From: an uncultured Spirochaetota bacterium | GTDB lineage: Bacteria; Spirochaetota; Spirochaetia; SZUA-6; CAVTHK01 | Assembly: GCA_963734495.1 (NCBI GenBank) | Contig: CAVTHK010000001.1 | Location: 256,001-320,000 of the forward strand | Direction of reading: 5' to 3' | Length of the DNA: 64,000 nucleotides | Shown here: positions 51,374 to 59,420 of the stretch, piece by piece | Layout: each line of letters opens with the position of its first letter | Numbering within the stretch: position 1 is the first letter of the stretch | Notes under the pieces: model-generated | The model's database searches: none | Told to the model about the DNA's origin: nothing | What the model saw: the letters and a program-made list of their open reading frames with translations, nothing else | Made by a program: the position numbers and the translations under genes

Positions 51374-52355
51374 TCACCTCTGCCATTCGTCCTGGAGCGC
51401 CCAGCCGAGGTTGCGCATCTCCTGGCCCGGTGAGGAAGCGGAAGACGGACAGGCATGCCACCGCCCCCTCGCCGATCGACTTGGAGATCTGCCAGGGCTC
51501 GCCGGTGATGTCGCCGCAGGCGAAGACGCCGGGGACGCTCGTCTGCATCCGCCGGTCGACGGCGACGAAGCCGCTCGAGTCCACGTCGATGCCGGCGGCC
51601 GCGTACACCTCGCTCGTCGCTCGCCGCCTGGTGAGGAACAGGCCGTCGACCGGAAGCACGCGGTCGCCGACGACCACCTCCTCGAGCCGGTCGCGGCCCC
51701 GCAGCTCGCGGATCGAACCTTCGAGCCAGGCGACGTCGTTGGCCTCGATGATCTCGCGGGGCACCTGCCGCGCGTAGTCCGCGGGGACCGGGCCCAGGTA
51801 GGTCACCTGCGAGGCGGTGCGCCTGAGGAGGAACGCGTCGAAGGGGTTGCCGCACACGAGCACGCGCCTGCCGCGGAACAGCGGCGCGTCGCACTCCGCG
51901 CAGTACGAGACGCCCTTGCCCAGGAACCGCCGCTCCCCGGCGACGCCGTACTCCTCCTTGAGCCCGAGCAGCTCGAGGCCCGTGGCGATGATCACGGCTT
52001 TCGGCCTGTACTCGGCGGCCGGCGTCCGTACGCGGAACGCGTCCGCGGCGAAGTCCAGCTCCTGCGCCGGCTCGAGCGCGTTGAGACGGCCGCCCGCCGC
52101 CTCGAGCTGGGCGACGAGCGCTTCGGTGATCGCGGGGCCGCGTCTTCCCGTGACGCCGGGGAAGTTCTCGACGGTCTTCGCCAGGTTCATGAGCCCGCCG
52201 CCGTTCTCGGCGTCGAGCAGCACCATGTTGATGCGGAGGAGCGAGGCGTAGATCGCGGCCGAGAGCCCGGCTGCGCCGGCGCCGATGATGAGCAGCTCGA
52301 GATCGGGGGCGTTGCGCTCTTCCAGCCCGTAGCGGCCAGGCGCGAAGGCGGTCAC
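51374..52355 (-). CDS. Thioredoxin reductase-like flavoprotein with degenerate NADPH-binding motifs (frameshift near 51428)
   Basis: IIGAGAAG, ENFPG, IIATG, GKGVSYCAECD, TSVPGVFACGD; corrected C-terminus QEMRNLGWALQDEWQR. Confidence 0.8.
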
Positions 52356-53417
52356 AGGATGGGGAGCGGCCGCGACCGCGTGTTGTGCAGCGCGGAGACC
52401 TTCGGGCCGCGGTAGCAGCGGAGTGAGTACCCGCAGTACGGGCACTTCCCGTCGACTACCCGGTTCTCGCCGACACCGAAGCCGTCGCGGTCGATCAGCA
52501 CGCGCGAGCAGCCAGGGCACAGACGTGTTCTGCGCCGGGTGTCCCGGGATGTTGCCGACGTAGACGTGCTGCAGACCTTCATCTATCCCTATCTCCCTCG
52601 CCCTCTCGAGGGTCGCGACCGGGGTGGGCGGCTCGTTGACCTTGTTGTCGGGGTGGTAGGCGGTCACGTGCCACGGCGTCTCCGCGCTCAGGCTCGCGAC
52701 GATCCAGCGGGCGAGGCCGCGGAACTGCTCGTCGGTGTCGTTCCAGTTGGGGATGACGTTGGTGACCACCTCGACGTGAACGCCCGCCTGAAACGCGATG
52801 GTGCCGTTCTCGAGGACCTGCCGCAGCACAGGGCTTCCGGTGAGCCGCTGGTAGAACTCGTCGGTGAATCCCTTGACGTCGAGGCGGTAGGCGTCGGTGT
52901 GCTTGAGGAGCGCGCGCAGGGCCGGCGGATTGATCATGCCTGCGGTGACCATGACGGTGAGCAGGCCGGCCTCGCGCGCGAGGCGCGCCGCGTCGAGGAT
53001 GTACTCGAACCAGATGCTCGGCTCGTTGTAGGTCCAGGCGAGCGCGCTGACCCGCCGGTCGAGCGCGAGCTGCACCAGCGCCTCGGGCGAGAGATCGGTG
53101 AGCCCTGCTCCCGTCTCGCTCGCCGCGTGGTGGGAGATCTCCCAGTTCTGGCAGTGCTGGCAGCGCATGTTGCACCCGAACGTGCCGACAGAAAGGATCG
53201 GGATGCCCGGATGGAAGTGGTACAGCGGCTTCTTCTCGATCGGGTCGATGGCGATCGACGCCACCCGTCCGTAGGTGAGCGCGTAGAGACGGCCCTCGAG
53301 GTTCTTGCGGACCCCGCAATAGCCGGTCCTCCCCTCGGGGATCACGCACTCGTGCGGGCACAGGTGGCAGTGCACCATCCGGTGCCCGATCTGCTCGTAA
53401 AGCAGCGCCTCTCGCAC
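52352..53417 (-). CDS. amrS: AmmeMemoRadiSam-type radical SAM enzyme (frameshift near 52525)
   Basis: CHLCPHEC...CGVR, DPIEKKPLYHFHPG, CNMRCQHCQNWEIS, TYNEP, YVGN, CPGC/CPYC tail. Confidence 0.9.
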
Positions 53418-53420
53418 GGC

Positions 53421-53469
53421 GAGCCTTTCCTTACTAAACTAGTATAGGAAGGCTCCCGCCCGGAGTCAA
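53421..53469 (-). promoter_or_regulatory. amrS promoter overlapped by 35-bp imperfect palindrome
   Basis: TTGACT-17-TATACT (53469-53441); dyad GAGCCTTTCCTTACTA-AAC-TAGTATAGGAAGGCTC, 13 of 16 positions symmetric. Confidence 0.7.
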
Positions 53470-53557
53470 ACCGCCTCGCCGTCCGGCCAGCCCGTGCGCA
53501 GGTCGAGTTTGCGCGGCGCGCAGACTGTCGCCTATAGTGGAGCGCGAGAGGTGACGC

Positions 53558-54907
53558 GTGAGCGACCGGCTGACCTTGAAGACTCGGCTGGGCTACGGCA
53601 TCTGCGATCTCGGGGGAAACCTCTTCTTCACCATGATGGGGTTCTACCTCCTCTACTTCATGACGGACGTCGTGAAGCTCGCGGCGGGGCTGGCCGGCAC
53701 CGCGCTCATGATCGGCAAGATCTGGGACGCGGTCACCGACCCGGCGGTCGGCTATCTGTCCGATCGCACCCGCACTCGGTGGGGAAGGCGCAGGCCCTGG
53801 ATCTTCTGGGGCGCGATCTCTCTCCTGGTCGCGATGCCGATCCAGTTCATCAACCCGGGGCCCGCGAGCCAGGGGCTGCTGTTCGCCTGGGCCGCGCTGA
53901 CCTACTGCCTCCTCTGCACCGCGTACACGCTCGTCAACATCCCCTACGGGGCGCTGCTGCCCGAGCTCACGACGAACTTCGACGAGCGCACGGCACTCAG
54001 CGGCTTCCGCATGTCGTTCGCCGTGCTCGGCACGCTCGTCGGCGCGGGGGCCGTGCTGCCCATCGTGCACGCCTTTGCCGACCCCGCGATCGGCTGGCCG
54101 GCGATGGGCGCGTCCATGGGCGCCGTGATGACCGCCACCGCGCTGGTGACGTTCGCCACCGTGCGCGAGGACCCGTCGCACTGGACCGCGGACGAGGGAA
54201 AGGGAGTCGCGCGCAATCTCGCCGAGGTGATCGGCAACCGCGTCTTCCTGCTCGCGCTCATCCCGTGGGTGCTCCATATCACGGGAGTCCAGCTCATCCA
54301 GAATGCCCTGCTCTACTACTTCACCTACATCTACAACGCTCAGGACCAGTTCTACGTCGCGCTGCCGATCATGCTCGTGGTGACGCTGGCCTTCATCCCG
54401 GTCTGGGTCTTCCTCTCGCGCCGCATCGGCAAGAAGCTCAGCTACAACCTCGGGATGGGATTGCTCGCCGCGGCTGTGGTCGTGTTCTTTGTATTCGGCG
54501 AGCGGGGGGGCCTCCCCTTCGCCTACGTCATCATGGTGATCGGCGGCGTCGGCCTCTCGACGAACTACGTGATGCCGTTCTCGATCATCCCGGACGTCGT
54601 CGAGTACGACTACGCGGAGACGGGCCGCAGGCGCGAGGGCGTCTACTACGGGCTGTGGACCTTCGCGAGCAAGGTCGGGCAGGCGCTCGCGCTCGGGGCG
54701 AGCGGCTGGATGCTGGCCGCATTCGGCTATGTTGCCGACAGGCCGCAGAGCGCGTCCGCGAAGCTGGGGATCGGCCTGCTGGTCGGGCCGATCCCGGCGC
54801 TGCTGTTCGCCGCCGGCGTCGTCGTGCTCTCGTTTTACCCGATCAACCAGCGCTTCTACGAGGGCATCCTGGAAAAGGTGCGCGCGCGGCAGGACCGCGG
54901 CGGCTGA
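53558..54907 (+). CDS. MFS transporter, GPH (glycoside-pentoside-hexuronide) family
   Basis: WDAVTDPAVGYLSDRTRTRWGRRRPW, NIPYGAL, DVVEYD...GRRREG. Confidence 0.92.
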   Translation: MSDRLTLKTRLGYGICDLGGNLFFTMMGFYLLYFMTDVVKLAAGLAGTALMIGKIWDAVTDPAVGYLSDRTRTRWGRRRPWIFWGAISLLVAMPIQFINPGPASQGLLFAWAALTYCLLCTAYTLVNIPYGALLPELTTNFDERTALSGFRMSFAVLGTLVGAGAVLPIVHAFADPAIGWPAMGASMGAVMTATALVTFATVREDPSHWTADEGKGVARNLAEVIGNRVFLLALIPWVLHITGVQLIQNALLYYFTYIYNAQDQFYVALPIMLVVTLAFIPVWVFLSRRIGKKLSYNLGMGLLAAAVVVFFVFGERGGLPFAYVIMVIGGVGLSTNYVMPFSIIPDVVEYDYAETGRRREGVYYGLWTFASKVGQALALGASGWMLAAFGYVADRPQSASAKLGIGLLVGPIPALLFAAGVVVLSFYPINQRFYEGILEKVRARQDRGG

Positions 54908-54911
54908 CCCA

Positions 54912-55280
54912 TCAGCTCTCCCGGCGACAGACCCAGACGACCTCGCCCCGGACCCCGGCGGCGAGCGTCCCCGGCTCCGCTTCGAGCATCCGCCACTCGT
55001 CCGCCGTGTAGACCAGAAGATCCGCGGGAACCGGCAGCGAGAGAGTGTCCCATGATCTGCCGCGCTCGATGAAAGGCTCCCGTGCTTCGCGCACGAGCGC
55101 TACGAGATCCACGTCGCTGCCGACGCCTGAATCCCCGCGCGCATATGAACCGAAATAGCCGACGGCCACCAGGTCCTCGCGCCTCGCCGCCTGCTCAGCG
55201 GCCCATGACCTGACCGCGGAATCGATCTGCCCGGGATCAGGCCAGACGAGAACGGACGAACTCAAGGATCGCACCGGCAT
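54912..55280 (-). CDS. Minimal nucleotidyltransferase (MNT) antitoxin
   Basis: FGSYARGDSGVGSDVDL, PADLLVYT. Confidence 0.85.
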   Translation of the reverse strand: MPVRSLSSSVLVWPDPGQIDSAVRSWAAEQAARREDLVAVGYFGSYARGDSGVGSDVDLVALVREAREPFIERGRSWDTLSLPVPADLLVYTADEWRMLEAEPGTLAAGVRGEVVWVCRRES

Positions 55281-55620
55281 GACTGATCGCTTCCTCGCTC
55301 TGCAGGACGCCGTAGTGCTCGAACGGAGCGCCTTCGGGGTGTCCGTTGGGACACCGCGTCGGCATGTAGAAGTTGTCGAGCACCCTCGCGCGCTCGACGA
55401 GATCGGCAGGGGGCGCCTGCGGCAGATCCATGAGCAGCCTGGCGACGACGTGTCCCCATGCCTGCTGCCCGAGATGGAGGTGGAGCGCCTTGACCGCGAT
55501 CTCCGCCGCCTGCTGCGCGGCGAAACAGGCCCACTCGTGGCGACCCTCTGCGCGCGACGATCGGGCCTGGTCGAGGTCTCTCTCCGCCTGCGCCAGCCAG
55601 TCCCGCTCGCGATTGGGCAT
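55237..55620 (-). CDS. HEPN domain protein
   Basis: DWLAQAERDL, WACFAAQQAAEIAVKA, WGH, LDNFYMPTRCP. Confidence 0.85.
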   Translation of the reverse strand: MPNRERDWLAQAERDLDQARSSRAEGRHEWACFAAQQAAEIAVKALHLHLGQQAWGHVVARLLMDLPQAPPADLVERARVLDNFYMPTRCPNGHPEGAPFEHYGVLQSEEAISHAGAILEFVRSRLA

Positions 55621-55663
55621 CCACTGATACTACCACGAGGCCGGCCGGGCAAGGAGAGCACGG

Positions 55664-56548
55664 TCAGAGCCCGGTCGCTTCGTCCTCCGCGCGGTAGATG
55701 CCGGCGGTGAGGCGCGGCAGGGCCGCCATGTCGAACGAAGGCCTGAGCTCCTCGACGAGGCGCACGTTGCGCGCGACCTCTTCGGGAAAGCGCATCCCGA
55801 CGTTCGCGACATGCACGCGGCTGTCGGAGAGCACGAAGCGGAGCGCGACCTCGTAGAGCTCGGCCTCGCGCCACTGCGGCGCGATCGCGCTCGCGATCCG
55901 CTGCAGCATCCCCGAAGTCATCGGCCGCATCACGGAGACGCCGAGCCGCGCGTCGCGCGCCTCGTTCAGCAGGTGCAGCGCCGCGGACTGGTAGATGAGG
56001 TTGTAGCGAACCTGCACGCAGGCGAAGCGGCCGGTGGCGATGAGCGGCCGCGCCGTCCACGGCTCCTCCACCGTGAGGCCGACGAAGCGCGCCTTGCCCT
56101 GCTCGCGGAGGCGCTCGAGCGCCTCAAGAAGGCCGCCGTTCACGATGCGGTCGACCTCCTCGGCGGTGTACATGCCGCCGTGGAACTGGATGATGTCGAT
56201 GCGGTCGGTCCGCAGCCTCGCGAGCGAACGCTCGACGCTCGCGGTCACGTCGGCGGCGGAGCCCCTGTAGCCGACCTTGGTCGCGAGCACGACGCCGTCC
56301 CTGCGGCCGCCGCTCAGGGCCTCGCCGATCAAGGACTCGCTGTGCCCGTCCCCGTAGCCCGGCGCGGTGTCGATCACGTTGATGCCGTTGTCCAGCGCGG
56401 CGTGCACCGTGCTGATTGCCAGCGCGCGGCCCTCCGCGGTGTAGGGATCCCAGCCGCGGGCGCGGTTGACCGCGCCCAGCGGGAAGCCGCCGAGGGCCAG
56501 CCGTGTGACTTCGAGGCCGGTGCTGCCGTAGCTCACCTTCTGGATCAT
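55664..56548 (-). CDS. Aldo/keto reductase
   Basis: IDTAPGYGDGHSE, LATK, SLARLRTDRIDI, QVRYN. Confidence 0.92.
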   Translation of the reverse strand: MIQKVSYGSTGLEVTRLALGGFPLGAVNRARGWDPYTAEGRALAISTVHAALDNGINVIDTAPGYGDGHSESLIGEALSGGRRDGVVLATKVGYRGSAADVTASVERSLARLRTDRIDIIQFHGGMYTAEEVDRIVNGGLLEALERLREQGKARFVGLTVEEPWTARPLIATGRFACVQVRYNLIYQSAALHLLNEARDARLGVSVMRPMTSGMLQRIASAIAPQWREAELYEVALRFVLSDSRVHVANVGMRFPEEVARNVRLVEELRPSFDMAALPRLTAGIYRAEDEATGL

Positions 56549-57198
56549 GGCGCCCCCATTTGCCGAACGTCGGCAAGCGGCGGCAGGTTCAGCAGCAGGT
56601 TCCCGTGGCCGGGGATCACGAGCGCAGCCTCGCGCTTGAGCCTGCGGATGGTCTCGGCCGCGGCGGCGAAATCGACGGAGTTGTGATACCCCTCCTCCGC
56701 CGCGAAAAAGTCGGGCGTCATCACGGCGTCGCCCGCCGCCACGAGCGTGCCCCACGGCGAGCCCACGGCCAGGGAATGGTGGCCGGCGGTGTGCCCCGGA
56801 GTCGCGAGCAGGCGCACGCCTTGGGGGAGCGCGCCTTCGGCGGGCTCGAAGCCGCCGATGACGGCCGCATCGTCGGGGCTGCGCTCGCGCCACTCCGCCA
56901 GGCCCGCGGCGGCCATCAGCCGGCGGGCGCCGGGAAACAGCGCGAGCCCGTAGCGGTGGTCGCCGTGGTGATGGGTCAGGAAGACCGCGTCGATCCGCCC
57001 GGGCTTGAAGCCGGCGCGGTCGAAGAGAAGGCGCTCCAGCTCTTCCGGGTGCGGCGAAGGATCGACGAGCAGCCTCGTCCCCGGCGCCGCGATGAGCGTG
57101 CACGTGGCGGTCGCGCTTCGCACCCGCTCCTTCTCGCCCCAGAAGCGGTTCATGCTGAGGCAGCCGATGTTCACGATCGTGACGGCGGGAAACGCCAT
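56545..57198 (-). CDS. Metallo-beta-lactamase fold hydrolase
   Basis: LVDP, THHHGDH, PGHTAGH, AGDA, IPGH. Confidence 0.88.
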   Translation of the reverse strand: MAFPAVTIVNIGCLSMNRFWGEKERVRSATATCTLIAAPGTRLLVDPSPHPEELERLLFDRAGFKPGRIDAVFLTHHHGDHRYGLALFPGARRLMAAAGLAEWRERSPDDAAVIGGFEPAEGALPQGVRLLATPGHTAGHHSLAVGSPWGTLVAAGDAVMTPDFFAAEEGYHNSVDFAAAAETIRRLKREAALVIPGHGNLLLNLPPLADVRQMGAP

Positions 57199-57205
57199 GG
57201 CGCGC

Positions 57206-58123
57206 TCAGCCCTGCGACACGTCGGGGATCTCGTCGCTGCGCCGCTCCCAGTAGTCCGAGGCCTGGCGCAGGGCGCGCACCCCGAGGGCCACGGCCCGGC
57301 CATAGCCGCCGCGATTCGCGTCCTCGCGGATCGCCGTCTCGAGCGCCTGCGCCGTCACCTTCTCGCCGCGCTGCGCAGCGCGAGCGGCCGCCACGGCGGG
57401 GTCGTCCGTGCGGTAGAACTCGGTCTCCACGCCGTACCTCCGGACTTTCTCCGGGTCGGGCGCGCGGAAGACGCTCACGTAGCGCTCGACGCTCAGGTAC
57501 AGCGGCTGCACCTGGTCGATGAGGTTGTCCAGCCAGGCGTCGAGGTTTTCCCTGTCGGGGGCCAGCGTGTGCGCGGCGAGCAGCGCGCGCTGGAAAAGGC
57601 TCGTGACGAACTCCTCGAGCGCGCGCACGGGCTCAAGCTTCGCGTCCGCGAACAGGAACCTGTTGAAGGGATCCTCGCCGCCGGCGAGGTACACCTCGCG
57701 GAAGACCTTGACGTCGTAGTAGACGGAGATCTCCTGGATCGCATCCAGCGCGGGCGCTTCGGCGACGCCCTTCTGCATGGCGTGGTGCGTGGCGTTCCAG
57801 TCCGCGCCCGCCAGGCGGCTCATGACCGGCTTGAGTATGTAGTCGGCGGGGAAATGCGCGATCCCGCCGAGCGCGTAAGCGATCCTGCGGGCGAGCAGGT
57901 CCCGCGCGGCCCCGCCGGCGGCCTGCACGGCCGGCCACTGCTCGCGGGCCCGTGAGAGCACGTGCGGCACGAAGCGGGCGCCCCCGCGCGACACGCTGCC
58001 GAGCCGCCCAAACTGCCGCTCCGCCTGGAGGATCGCGACGAGATCGCGGGCCATCCGCGGATCGAGCGCCGCGAGCCGGCGCATGTCTTCGAACACGGCC
58101 CAGTGGGTCAACAGATCGGACAC
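57206..58123 (-). CDS. Hypothetical protein, possible Zn-dependent phospholipase C/P1 nuclease fold
   Basis: N-terminal SDLLTHW, YALGGIAHFPAD, later HH and E...YD; TGA lies 7 bp upstream of the MBL start. Confidence 0.55.
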   Translation of the reverse strand: MSDLLTHWAVFEDMRRLAALDPRMARDLVAILQAERQFGRLGSVSRGGARFVPHVLSRAREQWPAVQAAGGAARDLLARRIAYALGGIAHFPADYILKPVMSRLAGADWNATHHAMQKGVAEAPALDAIQEISVYYDVKVFREVYLAGGEDPFNRFLFADAKLEPVRALEEFVTSLFQRALLAAHTLAPDRENLDAWLDNLIDQVQPLYLSVERYVSVFRAPDPEKVRRYGVETEFYRTDDPAVAAARAAQRGEKVTAQALETAIREDANRGGYGRAVALGVRALRQASDYWERRSDEIPDVSQG

Positions 58124-58281
58124 AGCTTCTCCTTTCGACGCCCGGCGCGCCCGCCCGCGGCGCGGACACCTGCGCGGAGGCGCCTCGAGCCGCAGCCGCC
58201 TTCAGCTTACCCTTTTGGCCCGCCCGTGGCGATCCCTTCGGCTTTGCGATCGGGCGAGGCCGCGCCCGGCCGCCGGGACTC

Positions 58282-59382
58282 TCAGCGCGATCGGGAGCCG
58301 GCGAGCGCCTGTTCGTAGTCGGCCTCGCCGAGCACGCCCCGCAGCATGGCGAGCACGTTGGCGGTCGGCGTGCCGACCTGCACCGCGTGCGAGGGCGCGG
58401 CGATGTAGCCGCCGCCGCGGCCGAGAACGCCGACGAGCTGCCGGCATTCCGCGGCGACCTCCGCTGCGGCGGCGCGCGGCAGGAGCGACTGCACGGCGAT
58501 CGCACCCTGGAACGAGAGCCGGTCGCCGTAGGCTGCCTTGAGCCTGGACGGCTCCATCCCGGCGGCGTCGACCTGCACGGCCTCGAGGACTTCGACTCCC
58601 GCATCGAGCAGATCGGGGATGATGTCGAAGACGGCGCCGTCGGTGTGGTACATCGCGCGCGCGCCGGGAAAGAGCCGCCGCGCGCTGTCGATGAGCCTGC
58701 GGTGGCAGGGCTGAATCATCTCGCGGTAGGTCTCGCGCGACATGAGCAGGCCCCGCTGCCCGCCCAGGTCGTCGGCGAAGAACAGGATGTCGATCAGGTC
58801 GCCGCAGCTCTCGGCCGCCCTCGAGCTGCATCGCGCAGAAGAAGTCGCAGATCCGCTCGAGCGCCGCGTGAACGACCTCCGGATACAGGAGAAGGTTGAC
58901 GAGCGTCTCCTCCAGCCCCGTCATCCACGTGTACTCTTCGAGCGGCCGGCCGCTCGCGACCAGCCCCAGCCTGCGCGCCTTCGTGAGGCCGGGGTCGGGC
59001 GCGAGGACCCGGTCGCGGAAGCCGGCCCAGTCGAACCAGTCCGCGCTCGGCCAGCGGTGACGGGCGACGATGCCCGGATCGGTGGCGCCCGCGAGAGGTT
59101 TGCCGACCACTTCGTCGTAGTGCCCGCCTCGGTAGGACACCGCCCGCCGGCGAACGCCCCACATGTCGGTATCGGGAGGCAGCTCGGTCCGACGTAGCGG
59201 GGCTCTACGGTGACGACGTCCTCGGTCAGGAAGCGCAGCGCGTTCCAGTCGATGCTTTGCGCGGCGAGGTCGCGCTCGAGCGAGGCGCTCATCTCCGGCG
59301 TCGGGCCGAAGCCCCAGGAGAAGGGCACGCGCTCCGGCGGCTCGTGCGCCAGAGCTGCGCGGACGCGCTCCCTCGCGGTCAT
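58282..59382 (-). CDS. Uroporphyrinogen decarboxylase family protein (frameshifts near 59186 and 58820)
   Basis: MTARERVRAALAHEPPERVP, DMWGV, ADDLGGQRGLLMS, YHTDG, GGGYIAAPSH. Confidence 0.82.
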
Positions 59383-59420
59383 GGACTGCCGGGCCTGCGG
59401 AACGGAACGCAGCGGCCCGA

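Noticed and set aside
51249..53417. 722-aa radical SAM-thioredoxin reductase fusion in the ORF track
   Set aside because: One indel near 52525 moves the AmrS CPGC/CPYC tail and its stop out of frame. Corrected, these are two genes with a GTGA overlap.
52352..53417. amrS as the missing HypD activase
   Set aside because: It has AmmeMemoRadiSam signatures (DPIEKKPL, terminal Cys clusters) rather than GRE-activase motifs, and it lies about 29 kb away.
8766..59382. About 20 frameshifts read as programmed frameshifting or mass pseudogenisation
   Set aside because: They are single-base indels, often in short G/C/T runs, with no nonsense codons or shared slippery motif. This is typical of long-read consensus error; read mapping would settle it.
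58282..59382. True hemE or a corrinoid methyltransferase system
   Set aside because: No heme pathway, corrinoid protein or RamA-like activase genes nearby; only family-level similarity is supportable.
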